Below, piece by piece: positions 25,875-37,963 of a stretch of 45,922 nt of DNA. The position numbers were made by a program, and so were the translations under genes. This DNA comes from Octopus bimaculoides (lineage: Eukaryota): NCBI RefSeq assembly GCF_001194135.2, contig NC_068983.1, forward strand, positions 118,483,073 through 118,528,994, in the 5' to 3' direction. Positions within the stretch are counted from its first letter, which is position 1. Each line of letters begins with the position of its first letter. The notes beneath the pieces are model-generated. The model was not told the DNA's origin. It searched no databases and was given only the letters and a program-made list of their open reading frames with translations.

Positions 25875-26098
25875 GTCCTTTTTACTATGGGCACAAGGCC
25901 TGAAAATTGTCGGGAGGGGACTAGTTGACTACATTGACCCTAGTGTTTCACTGGTACTTGGTTTATTGACCCTGAAAGAATGAAAGGCAAAGTCAACCTC
26001 AGTGGAATTTGAACTCAGAATGTGAAGATGGATGAAATGCTGCTAAGCATTTTGCCTGGTGTGCTAATGATTCTGCCAGCTCAACACCTTAAACCTAC

Positions 26099-26145
<47 letters not shown>

Positions 26146-26350
26146 TATCCTTCCTACTATAGGTACAAGGCCTGAAATTTGGTGGGAAAGGGTTAATCGA
26201 TTACATTGACCCTCAGTGCTCATCCCACTTATTCTATTGACCCCGAAAGGATGAAAGGCAAAGTTGACCTTGGCAGAATTTGAACTCAGAATGTAAAGAA
26301 TCAGAAGAAATACAACAAAGCATTTTCTCTGGTGCTCTAATGATTTTGTC
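25640..26350 (-). mobile_element. Three tandem copies of a third SINE family separated by (AAT)n; other fragments at 440-690, 1320-1440, 12350-12420, 12690-12790, 21350-21520
   Basis: Recurring core gaccccgaaaggatgaaaggcaaagttgacct...gaatttgaactcagaa. Confidence 0.8.
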
Positions 26351-27043
26351 AGTCTATCGTCTTGATGAGGATGATAGTAACTGAAAATTGCAAACTCTTC
26401 ATGCTTCCTTTTCATTAGAAAAATACTCACAAGAACATCAGTAGAAACCAGTCAAATGTTACAGGATATAATTTGACCACTAAGGAGAAAGAGAAGAGAC
26501 TTGAGGTTTCTCATTTAAGGTTTCTAAACATATGACTATGATGACAAATATGATGATGATGATGGTGAAAATGGAGAGGTTGACAATGTGAATGAGGAGG
26601 AGAATTAAAGAACAGTGAGGAGGGAAGGCAGAAGAAGAAGAATATCTAATGAAAGATCTAAACAGTTAATATTGCCTAAAAGAAATTGGTATACTGAAAT
26701 GTCAGATAGAAGCATGCATTAAAAAATCACAGAGGTGTTATGACTGAAATAAGTTGTAACAGTTAGGAGTGATGTGTGTGTGTGTGAATGTGAGTGTGTA
26801 GTACAATGTTTGCTTCCCAACTACATAGTTTTGAGTTCAGTCACACTTTGTGGTACTTGGGCCAATGTCTTCTACAATAGCCCCAATTTGACCAAAATTT
26901 GTGAGTGGATTTGATAGATGGAAACCAAAATAAACCCATTATGTGTATGCTTGTGCATAAGTGTATGTGTGTGTATATATATGTGTGTGTGTGTGTATAA
27001 ATGTATATATGTGTATATATGTACACATATATACACATATGTG

Positions 27044-27338
27044 CAGGGCCGGCCCTAGGCGAATCAAATTTTAGTATCAATATCCTTTGACTCTTCAACC
27101 CGTAGGGCAGACTCAAGTTTTATGTAAAATTCCATTACTTGATGAGAAGATTTTGCAAAAATTTTATATCATACAGAAAACCGAACATGGAATTTATTTG
27201 TTTCAGTTGTTCAAAGCATTTTGAAACTGAGTTAATTGATGTATCCAGTATTGCAAAATAAAAATTCATTTTGTAGCTTTGTTTACTTTCCTGGATAGGT
27301 TCATTTTCTCCTTCATATGAGAATTGTTGTTTCTTTCT
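27044..27338 (-). mobile_element. hAT-superfamily transposon relic (transposase fragment plus terminus)
   Basis: Minus peptide RKKQQFSYEGENEPIQ...KMNFYFAILDTSINSV..CFEQLKQINSMFGFLYDI resembles ZMYM1-like hAT transposases; GC-rich terminus CAGGGCCGGCCCTAGG at 27044; cut by an N-gap. Confidence 0.7.
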
Positions 27339-27481
27339 NNNNNNNNNNNNNNNNNNNNNNNNNNNNNNNNNNNNNNNNNNNNNNNNNNNNNNNNNNNNNN
27401 NNNNNNNNNNNNNNNNNNNNNNNNNNNNNNNNNNNNNNNNNNNNNNNNNNNNNNNNNNNNNNNNNNNNNNNNNNNNNNNNN

Positions 27482-27832
27482 ATACACCATTTTGAGCGTG
27501 GCCGTTGCCAGTACCGCCTGACTGGCCTTCGTAGGATTTTCGAGCAAGATCGTTGCCAGTGCCCCTGGACTGGCTCATGTGCGGGTGGCACATAAAATAC
27601 ACCATTTTGAGCGTGGCCGTTGCCAGTACCGCCTGACTGGCCTCCGTGCGGGTGACACGTAAAAGCACCCACTACACTCTCTGAGTGGTTGGCGTTAGGA
27701 AGGGCATCCAGCTGTAGAAACTCTGCCAAATCAGATTGGAGCCTGGTATAGCCATCTGGTTTCACCAGTCCTCAGTCAAATCGTCCAACCCATGCTAGCA
27801 TGGAAAGTGGACGTTAAATGATGATGATGATG
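27482..27832 (+). mobile_element. RTE-LINE 3' tail copy, little diverged
   Basis: ...gttggcgttaggaagggcatccagctgtagaaac...gttaaatgatgatgatg; near-identical to the reverse complement of the 9656-9962 copy. Confidence 0.85.
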
Positions 27833-28019
27833 ATATATATACACACATATATATAGTGAATCAGGGTACGAGGAATAGGTAAACCAACCAATTGAAAGTA
27901 CATAAACTCATGTATGCAAACCAGCAGTAGAAGAACATATTGATACCCGTTTGGATTATGTATTCCTATTAACCAAATATTTTGAAAATTTTGGAAACCT
28001 GACTATACATATATATATA

Positions 28020-28787
28020 TTGGGTCATCCCATAAATAATGCATGATTTTTATACATCTTCTATATTTCAAAATTAAGATAAACCAAGTTCTTTTTTCAT
28101 CTAAAATATACTCTCCTTCATTTTCTACAATGCTCTTCTATCTATCTGGTAGACATTCACTTGTCCGTGACGAAAATTACTCCTCCAGTACTGTTCTGAC
28201 CTCGTCTAGGGAATTCACACTTTTTCCATCCAAATGATTTTGAAGACTTCAGAATAAATGATAATCAGATGGGGCAATGTCTGGTGAATATGGTGGGTGG
28301 GGCATTGTTTCTATTGAAACTGCTCCAGCCTTTGGAATGTCATCTTCACTGTATGTAGTCAATCATCATCCTGATGGAAGATCCCCTTTCGTCTTGAAAC
28401 CAAAGATGGTTGTTTTTCTTCAAGTGCTGACTAAATCCGCTCAGTCTGCTTGCAGTAGATCTCCTTTGTTATCATTTGGTTTGGTTTTAAAAGTCCAAAT
28501 TGGACTAAACCTTTCATATCCCACCAAACAGATAACAACACCTTATGTGGGTGAAGACCTTCTTTAGCCTGGAGTGCTGCTGTTTCTCCTTTCTCTACCC
28601 ACTGTCATCAGAGCACACATTCACTCTCTGCATGTGATTAGACTCAAGAAAATTTGTGAAGAACTCATTGCTGACTTTTCAAATGGCATGCAGGTGTCAA
28701 TGATTGGTTGAATGACCAAATCCAAGCTTCTCTGCAAGTTCCTCAACAGTTACAATGGAATTTTATTCCACCAGAGTTTGCAATAAA
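28020..28787 (-). mobile_element. Decayed mariner element (3' part with TIR)
   Basis: Minus translation MPHPPYSPDIAPSDYHLF*SLQNHLDGK (mariner YSPDxAPxD motif) with stops; TA followed by terminus TTGGGTCATCCCATAAATAATGC at 28020. Confidence 0.85.
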
Positions 28788-28874
28788 CACTCATAATGCC
28801 CGGCCTGGGAATCGAAACCGCGATCCTATGACCGCGAGTCCGCTGCCTTAACCACTGGGCCATTGCGCCTCCAC
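28788..28874 (-). mobile_element. Head-only copy of the same tRNA-derived SINE
   Basis: Reverse complement reads GTGGAGGCGCAATGGCCCAGTGGTTAAGGCAGCGGACTCGCGG...GTTTCGATTCCCAGG; truncated where it meets the mariner relic. Confidence 0.8.
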
Positions 28875-28901
28875 ATACATACATAAACATGCACACATAT
28901 G

Positions 28902-28936
<35 letters not shown>

Positions 28937-29459
28937 ACCTATGCATATATACATATATGTAAGTGTACTTATATTCTTTTTTTAAGTGTTGTACTTATTC
29001 TATCAGTCTCTTATGCTAAACAGCTAAGTTATGGGAATGTAAACAAAGCAACATTGTTAGTCAAGTGATAGTAGTAAGACAAACACTAAGACACACACAC
29101 ACACACTATTTTATTATTTATTAAAGCCCCCCCCCCCNNNNNNNNNNNNNNNNNNNNNNNNNNNNNNNNNNNNNNNNNNNNNNNNNNNNNNNNNNNNNNN
29201 NNNNNNNNNNNNNNNNNNNNNNNNNNNNNNNNNNNNNNNNNNNNNNNNNNNNNNNNNNNNNNNNNNNNNNNNNNNNNNNNNNNNNNNNNNNNNNNNNNNN
29301 NNNNNNNNNNNNNNNNNNNNNNNNNNNNNNNNNNNNNNNNNNNNNNNNNNNNNNNNNNNNNNNNNNNNNNNNNNNNNNNNNNNNNNNNNNNNNNNNNNNN
29401 NNNNNNNNNNNNNNNNNNNNNNNNNNNNNNNNNNNNNNNNNNNNNNNNNNNNNNNNNNN

Positions 29460-29690
29460 CTTTCACCACAACTTTCTCTCACTCTTACTTCCTGTTTCTG
29501 TTGTGCCCGTAATTCAAAGGGTCAGCCTTGTCACACTGTGTCACGCTGAATATCCCCGAGAACTACGTTAAGGGTACACGTGTCTGTGGAGTGCTCGGCC
29601 ACTTGCACGTTAATTTTACGAGCAGGCTGTTCCGTTTATCGGATCAACTGGAACCCTCGACGTCGTAAGCGACGGAGTACCAACAACAGT
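29460..29690 (+). mobile_element. 3' body of the same tRNA-derived SINE, after a gap
   Basis: Near-identical to 41038-41260 (tttcaccacaacttt...gaaccctcgacgtcgtaagc). Confidence 0.8.
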
Positions 29691-30937
29691 ATTTGAGTAC
29701 TATTTTTCTCACCTTGCACATATATGCTTACTTGTGTGATTGAGTGAGTGAGTGAGTGTGTGTGTGCGTGAGAAAGAGAGAGATAGAGATAGAGAGAGAG
29801 AGAGGGGGAAGGCTTTTTTCAGTTTTTGCCTACCAAATCCATGGCTTGGGACTATAGTAGAAGACAATTTTTGCATGTGTGTGTGTGTGTGTGTGCACAT
29901 GTGCATACATGTCATCATTGTTCGAATGCTCCTTTCTCTATGCTTGCATAGTTAAGTTGAAATTTGTTTTAGCAGGTCTTCTACAGCCTGTTGGGTTTCA
30001 CTATTTTCAACTCCTACCTGTTTCCAAGCAAGTTGAAAATTCCTCTTGATCTTCAAAGAACAAACATGTTTCTACAACAGATTGGATTTCAAACAAATGA
30101 TACCATTTGTTTGAAATCATGATTTTACTTACAGTCACCATGCAAGTTTCAAGCATGAAATGCAGACATTAAATTATGACGATGACAGTGCATGAATGGC
30201 TNNNNNNNNNNNNNNNNNNNNNNNNNNNNNNNNNNNNNNNNNNNNNNNNNNNNNNNNNNNNNNNNNNNNNNNNNNNNNNNNNNNNNNNNNNNNNNNNNNN
30301 NNNNNNNNNNNNNNNNNNNNNNNNNNNNNNNNNNNNNNNNNNNNNNNNNNNNNNNNNNNNNNNNNNNNNNNNNNNNNNNNNNNNNNNNNNNNNNNNNNNN
30401 NNNNNNNNNNNNNNNNNNNNNNNNNNNNNNNNNNNNNNNNNNNNNNNNNNNNNNNNNNNNNNNNNNNNNNNNNNNNNNNNNNNNNNNNNNNNNNNNNNNN
30501 NNNNNNNNNNNNNNNNNNNNNNNNNNNNNNNNNNNNNNNNNNNNNNNNNNNNNNNNNNNNNNNNNNNNNNNNNNNNNNNNNNNNNNNNNNNNNNNNNNNN
30601 NNNNNNNNNNNNNNNNNNNNNNNNNNNNNNNNNNNNNNNNNNNNNNNNNNNNNNNNNNNNNNNNNNNNNNNNNNNNNGTATCATCTTTTATCTTTTACTT
30701 GTTTCAGTGATGGGAGGACGGCCTTGAAGAGTTTTAGTTGAACAAATCAACCTCAGCACTTATTTTTTTCTTTAAAACCTGATAATACTTCTATTGGTTT
30801 CTTTTGCTGAACCACTAAGTTATGGGGATGTAAAAAAAAAAGCAATACCAGTTGTCAAGTGGTGGTGGTGGACAACCACAAGCATAAAAATATACAGATA
30901 TATATGTATGTGTGTGTGTGTGTGTGTATTGCTTGTA

Positions 30938-30995
<58 letters not shown>

Positions 30996-31782
30996 AGCTT
31001 CTTTCAGTTACCATCAACCAAATCTACTCATGTGGCTTTTATTGGCCTGAAGCTACATACAGTAGAAGACACTCGCCCAAAGTGCCATGCAGTGGGACTG
31101 AACCTGGAATCAAAGCTTCTTACTATAACAGCCACACCTGCATCAATATGTGTAAATTATATAACTGTCTATCTATCTATGTGTGTGTGTGTGTACATAC
31201 AGAAAGGGGAGAGAACTGAAGGCAAATCAGCCATTTATCAATCCCCTTTCCCTGTCATACCTTCAACTGCATCTCCAATCATGTTCCATTCCCTAACATT
31301 CTCCTCTTACACTCTAATGAACTTATTCACCTACCCTTCTTGATTCTTTGTCTGTATCTTCTTTTATACTCACCTTCTTGTATCTTGAAAGTATGCTCTG
31401 ACACACTGTTGCCACCACCACTGTCTTCTTACCAGTTACTCCTACCAATCCTTATATAATGTAGGGTAGCCATGTATCTCTTCTATAACAAGACACCTAT
31501 GCCTGACCCTCTGCCATACATTATGATAGAGAGTCAGGCACCTCCCAACACCTAGCATGAAGTCACCACCATCTCTGTTACAATCCCACTCAGTGAATGG
31601 GCTTTTTTTTCTTTGTCTTGCAAGAAGTGCCAAGCACACCCTGTAAAGTGCTTGGCCTAAAAAAAAGGGCACAAGGAAGGGTAACACTAAGCCAGATTGG
31701 AGCTTAACACAATCCTCTGGCTTGTTGGATCCTGTCAAACTGTCTAACACATCTCAGCATGGAAGAGAGACATTAAATAATG

Positions 31783-31829
<47 letters not shown>

Positions 31830-32862
31830 TCAGTTGTTGGTATTTTAATGTTCAGGATGCTGGGAAAGAATCAAGTTCACCTGGGTGATGCCAAACAAAG
31901 TGGGTCACTCAGAATCTTGTCCTACCTAAGTTTAAAGTCACTTGATGAAAGTGGATCTTTTTTTCTATGCTTTCATGATGTAACTGATCTATTCAACAAT
32001 ATAGAAATGCTGCTGAAACAGCTGTTTTGAACCTCTAAAATCCATTTGTGTTTTTATTTTATATAAGTATAAATATTTAGTTGCTATGTACGTTGCACCA
32101 TTGCAGTTATCTGGAACTCAGAATAGGATGTTCCAAGTACATCTGGATACCTAACTGCATTTGATCATAGATATTATATCTCTTCAACAGAGTGCAATAA
32201 AATGTTCCCTTGACGATCCATGGCACTTAAGCATTCAAATACACATCTAACATCTAGTGCTGAGTTCCAAATAACTGCAATGATGAAATGCATGTAGCAA
32301 CTATATATTTTATATTGGTGTGTATCTTAATTTTCAACTACATAATCTCTGTGTATCATAACTAGTAACACTAGTAAGTTCTGTGGTTGAATTACCACTA
32401 TAAGAAGCTGACTGGGTAATGATAATCTGCGTGGAGCTCTAACTCATACAGCAGTAGTCATACATCTGTTTGTACATACAAGATATCATCATCATCATTT
32501 AACATCTGTTTTCCATGCTGGCATGGGTTGGATGGTTCAACAGGAGCTGGTTAGCCAGAGTGCTCCACAACGGTCCATTTGTTTACTCTGGCATGGTTTC
32601 TACATCTAGATACTTTTCCTAATGCCAACCACCTTACAGAGCGGTTGACATTAGGAAGGGCTTAGGCAAACATTTATATGTAAGTGCATGTATGTTTGTG
32701 CTTTTTTACCTAAACATTTGTTGATCTGGAGTGGACATTTATTAGGACACACAAAACAGATGCACATATATAATTCATATGCGAATATGAATTAACTGAG
32801 ACACCATGTGAATGTGTGTGCAACTGTGTGTATGTGTGCGCAACTGTGTGTATGTGTGCACG

Positions 32863-32915
<53 letters not shown>

Positions 32916-34128
32916 ATGTGTGTGAACCTTATATCTAATTATATACACTGTTGATATATGAAATACATTAGCATCTGAACATAATATACCTGTTTAATAT
33001 TTCATTCTAATAGATTCTATTGATTGATACATCAAGTACATAATATATTCAGTTAAAAATATAATCTTCAGGTTACATCTTTTCTAAGAGAGAAAGTAAG
33101 AAATGACATACAAAAATACATGACAGACTTTAATGACATTAGACATAACTCTCAAAAATAAAACACTTTCAGTGCATTGTTTTCTTCTTTGCATGTGTGT
33201 GTGTTTGAATATCTTGATTTTGTTTTTCTAAATACATACTGTTGGAGAGAAAACTGCAAGTATTGGTTAAACATTATATTGTGTTTGAGCTATATCAATT
33301 TAAGACTATTATAAATAAATTTGAAACTGCAAAGAAAATAAGAAACACATGATAAAATTCTCTAAAATATTGTATAAATCTTACTGTTTAACTGATATGA
33401 GAGAGAGAGAGAGAGAGAGGGAGAGAGAATAGGGTGCGGTTGGGGGAAAATAGTGATAGAAACAAGTACCAAATGATTTGGAAGAAAATCAGAGCAATTT
33501 AATATTAAAGAGATAGAACTTGATAATTTATAAAGCATTTTCCAGATCATATAAAAGAAAGAAAAAAGAAACAGAAAGCTTGAAGAGATAGATGCCAGCT
33601 GTATTAGTATTATGGTTTGAGAGCAGGGCATAGATGGATTCAGCGAAGTATATACAAAAGTGGAATAGAAGAACTATAAACTACTGGTGGTGAAAATGGA
33701 TAATATTTTGACAATGCTATATCAGTTGCTAGGAGGGTGCAGAAGAAGAGAGTGGCAAGCCAACAGCTGTGAAGTATAAAAGAAGACCAAGTCAGTTGCC
33801 AATAAACTATACAGTTATGCTATACTCTGTACATGATACCGTTTCATAAAGGATGCACCAAGTATTGGCACCGATTTTCTAAACTTTCAAACAAGACAAA
33901 CAAGTATATTATGGGTATAAGAAGGTTTTTTTTTAATTTCTTTTTTTTTTATAGCATTATTTCTAATTAAGAGCAATTTTACACCAAGGAATCACAGGTT
34001 TCTTGGAAATAACCAATTTGTTTTAATTATAATACACTGCAAACATTATTGCTTCATACATATGTGTGTCATCATCATTATTGTTTAACGTCTGCTTTCT
34101 ATGCTGGCATGGGCGGGACTGCTTACAA

Positions 34129-34168
<40 letters not shown>

Positions 34169-35116
34169 ATTATATATATAATATATGTAAATATCGAACA
34201 ATGAGAATGAGTGTTTAACACTGCATTAGTGGACAAAGATTCTCTATTTGTGTACTAAGGCTACCATTGGTTTCATGTAAAGAAACCAATGGGGTTACAT
34301 AGGCCATAGAAACTGCAAAACTGGCCCGCATCAGTGTATATGATTTGAGAAGGAGCTTTATCTATGCTACAATTAAATGTTTGTATCTTTAAACATTTTG
34401 ATACTTATTCCATCAAAAATTAACACACACACATTGAAATGGTCATAGTTATAACTATAAGATTAATGAGAATTTGGGACCAGTAATCAACTGAAGGGAA
34501 TTTATGTAAAATTACAGCAACTGGTAGTTTGCACAGAATTATTGTTTATTAACCATTAAAACTGTTACCACATTACTAAGCATTAGCTGCAAGATCATGA
34601 CTGTCCAAATGATTATAAGTTGGTAAAATAATAAACTGTCAAATCTAAAGTAGTTAATTTCTGGAGAAAATAAGGGAGAATTTAAGAAATTTTACCATAA
34701 ATCCTTAGATTAGTCTTAAATAGTCTGAAGATTTGGTTTTTAATTTTTTTGAGGAATGAGAACATAGTACTAATTTGACTTAATTTACAAAATTTAAATG
34801 AGTGTCAACTATTATTAACTCTACAGAAAAAAAGCCAGATGGCTTGAATTGGTATATCAAATAAAATTCTTTGCAAATTTTTATCAATTACTAACATATT
34901 TTTAATAGCCCAGCAGTTGTAATAAGGAAATAATAAATGGCTTAGCATTTAATACATCTAAGGGGATTTAAATTTGATTGTTAAATAATATTGGCAACAA
35001 AATATGATAGATGATCATAGAATATTCTAGATAGGTGCATAAGTGATAGATGGAAAAAGAAAAGCAAAAAATAAAGAAAGAATGTGTTACATGCTTAAAA
35101 ATTAAAAAGTACATAC

Positions 35117-35184
35117 CTCTTACATCTTGAACTGTGTCCCCAAGCATAGTTTCACAGCGTTCCCCAGTGTAGTCTATGTGGCAC
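35117..35184 (-). CDS. Exon of EGF-family ligand-like gene: second half of EGF module plus stalk, (R)CHIDYTGERCETMLGDTVQDVR(G)
   Basis: Acceptor ...ccaattcttag|G and donor AGAG|gtatgt; 68 nt, phase 2 to phase 1; C-x8-C with YxGxRC motif typical of the C5-C6 loop of ErbB-ligand EGF domains; joins in frame to the TM exon. Confidence 0.88.
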
Positions 35185-35337
35185 CTAAGAATTGGTAATT
35201 AGCAGACAGCATTTGATTAACACAGTGTAAATTTAAATTGGAAACATGCAACAGCCAGGAGGGATGAAAATATCTGTTTGGCTGCACTAAAGACTATGTA
35301 GCAATAGTCTTTGATGTCATTTTCAGAAATAGTTTAA

Positions 35338-35864
35338 CCCTTTTGATGCTAACTTGTCCAAGACTGTCCACAATTCTTTGACACAAAATTTTTCTATAAA
35401 GTAATCTAAATTAAAATTTCTCATTAAAATTTCATGTTAATTTATGTTTCAATTAGCAGCTTAATAATTACTAAGATATTTTCATAAATTCACTATTATT
35501 TTCAAAATTAATTGAAATAAACAGGGTTCAACAGAGTGAAGGCACGTGTCTTAGTGGTTAGGGTATTTGGCTGATGATCATAAGTTCAATTCCTGGTGAC
35601 GTGTTGTATCCTTGAGCAAGACACTTTATTTCAGCAAGACACTTTATTTCAGCTGGCAAAAATGAGTAGTACCTGTATTTAAAAAGGGCCAGCCTTATCA
35701 CACTCTGTGTCATGCTGAATCTCTCTGAGAACTCTGTTAAGGGTACACAAGTCTGTGAAGTGCTCAGTCATGCATATTAATTTTATGAGCAGGCTGTTCC
35801 ATTGATTGAATCAACTGGAACCCAGTTGGAGTGCCAGTTCAACAGAGAACTGGTAACAAGAAGG
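35338..35864. mobile_element. piggyBac-type MITE interrupted by a SINE
   Basis: TTAA-CCCTTTTG at the left end and degenerate CAAGAAGG-TTAA at the right end. Confidence 0.55.
35537..35836 (+). mobile_element. Diverged tRNA-derived SINE with 11-bp TSD, nested in a piggyBac-type MITE
   Basis: Flanked by GTTCAACAGAG at 35526-35536 and 35837-35847. Confidence 0.75.
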
Positions 35865-36182
35865 TTAAAGGGCCATTAAAAATGATCACAAACCCTCTAC
35901 AAACATATCCTGCTTAAGGTAGTGAATACTTTAACTCTTGATAATGGTGTTAAAAAAAATAAAAACAGAATTGGTTTTGACTGTTTCTTTTAATACCATA
36001 TTGGGGAAGATATAAAACAATTAAAAATGAAATATAATTATCAGAATAACCTTAAATAAATTTAAATGTGCTACTCTATTTTATTTAAAAATTTTATTGC
36101 ATGAGCCTCTTTTCTTTACTGAATAGTGTTTTCCTTCACAACATTGTTTACTGATGCATACATACATGTATACATACATACA

Positions 36183-36213
<31 letters not shown>

Positions 36214-36227
36214 CACCCGTGCATGTA

Positions 36228-36383
36228 AAAGACATCCACTACACTCTCAGAGTAGTTGGCATTAGGAAGAGCATCCAGCTGTAGAAACCCTGCCAAATCA
36301 GATCAGAATCTGATGCAGGTCCCTGGCTTACCAGTTTTCAGTCAAACTGTCCAACTCATGCCAGCATGGTGAACAGATGTTAA

Positions 36384-36415
<32 letters not shown>
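36228..36415 (+). mobile_element. RTE-LINE 3' tail copy; further degraded copies at ~31640-31785 (+), 32485-32640 (-), 34070-34120 (-), 41440-41575 (+), 16900-16940 (-)
   Basis: gttggcattaggaagagcatccagctgtagaaacc...gttaaat(gat)n. Confidence 0.75.
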
Positions 36416-37446
36416 ATATATCCTTATGTATCTAAATAAATAAATAAATAAATAAATAAAATGAAAATGAAATGCTATTCCAATGAATTCAGTTTGTTCC
36501 ATCAGCACAAAGATCATGTCTAAAAAAACTAATTTATAGTCAATACTGGAATTATTTAGATTTTTTTTTTCATTACTCAAAATATATGATTAAAAAAAAA
36601 TGCTTGTGATAAAGCAATTATGGACTTAGTAGTAAAACACTTTTTCTCTTTAAATAATTATTCTTTGATTGATAATAAAAGTAGTTTAAAAAAAAAAACC
36701 CACAAAAAAAGCTATGTCCACAGATTATATAATGCAAAATTGAAATCATGAAACATGAAAATGGTTCCTATAAATTTTTACTTGGAAATATATATTTAGA
36801 AACACAAAGCGATTTATCTAGTTGTCATGAATTCAGAGTAAGAACTACATAAATTCATCTTAGATACTAAAATAAAAATTAAAAGTTAAAAAAAAAAAAA
36901 TTCCGATTTCTAAGGATATTAATGAAAAAGAATAGTTTCCTTTAAAATCACTGATGCTGTGCTTTATGCATAGATTGTTTATTTGTGTATATATAAAAAT
37001 GTAAAGTGACAAATCTGGTTTCAAAGAGGTTATATATTTTATGTCACAATGCATCAGCAATATTAGATTTCTGTTTATATCAAGTGAATGAAAATAGTAT
37101 GGTTTAACATATATTAAGATCTTTACAATATATATGTAAAGTGCATATATATATATATATATATATATACATACACAATACCTGATGGAGATATGGGGCT
37201 CTGTTGTAACCTATGATGTCTTGGATAGTATAACCTGGCAGAACCCATCATTCTTCAGATTGAACCATAGTGAAACTCACAGAGGGAAAGAGGAAGAGAG
37301 AAAGAAAAAGAGAAAAACTTAAACATTGGACTGGTACTTTCTTTGCTGTGCATACAGACTAGAATTGAATACAAAAAGCAATCTATTTGACATTCCCATG
37401 AATATGACAGTAACTTACCAAATGCACACACATATATTTATGCATA

Positions 37447-37577
37447 GGTGCAGGAATGATTGTGTGGTGAGAAGCTTGCTTCCCAACCACATGGTTCTGG
37501 GTTCAGTCCCACTGCGTGGCACCTTGGGCAAAGCCTTGTGAGTGGATCTGCTAGATGGAAACTGAAAACAGCTTGTA

Positions 37578-37617
<40 letters not shown>

Positions 37618-37815
37618 CTGTGTTCATCCCCCTACCATCACTTGACAACTGATGTTGGTGTGTTTACATGCCCGTAACTTAGCAGTTTGGCAAAAGAGAC
37701 CAATAGAATAAGTACTAGGCTTACAAAGAATAAGTTCTGGGGTCGATTTGTTCGACTAAAGGCAGTGCTCCAGCATGGCCACAGTCAAATGACTGAAACA
37801 AGTAAAAGAAAAGAT
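37447..37815 (+). mobile_element. Composite SINE-like element (head, CA/TA microsatellite, tail)
   Basis: gagaagcttgcttcccaaccacatggttc...gtcaaatgactgaaacaagtaaaaga; tail part also at 170-385 and 43320-43560. Confidence 0.8.
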
Positions 37816-37963
37816 TGTGTGTGCACATGTAGGTATATATCCTGTCAAGGTTTCATCTCTTTAAAAGCCCTATCATTCATCACTTGTTCCAGTATCATCC
37901 TCACCATTATCATTCACATGTCTATCACCCATGTCACCATCATTACTCTTTACTCTCTTTTAA

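Noticed and set aside
28788-28874. tRNA-like sequence (also 40881-40960)
   Set aside because: Box A/B are present, but the 40881 copy continues into a SINE body shared by several copies and the 28788 copy is a head-only fragment of the same element; these are SINE heads, not tRNA genes.
36790-36868. Very strong minus-strand polypyrimidine acceptor, considered for the missing EGF C1-C4 exon
   Set aside because: All three frames hit stops within ~55 nt and there is no Cys pattern.
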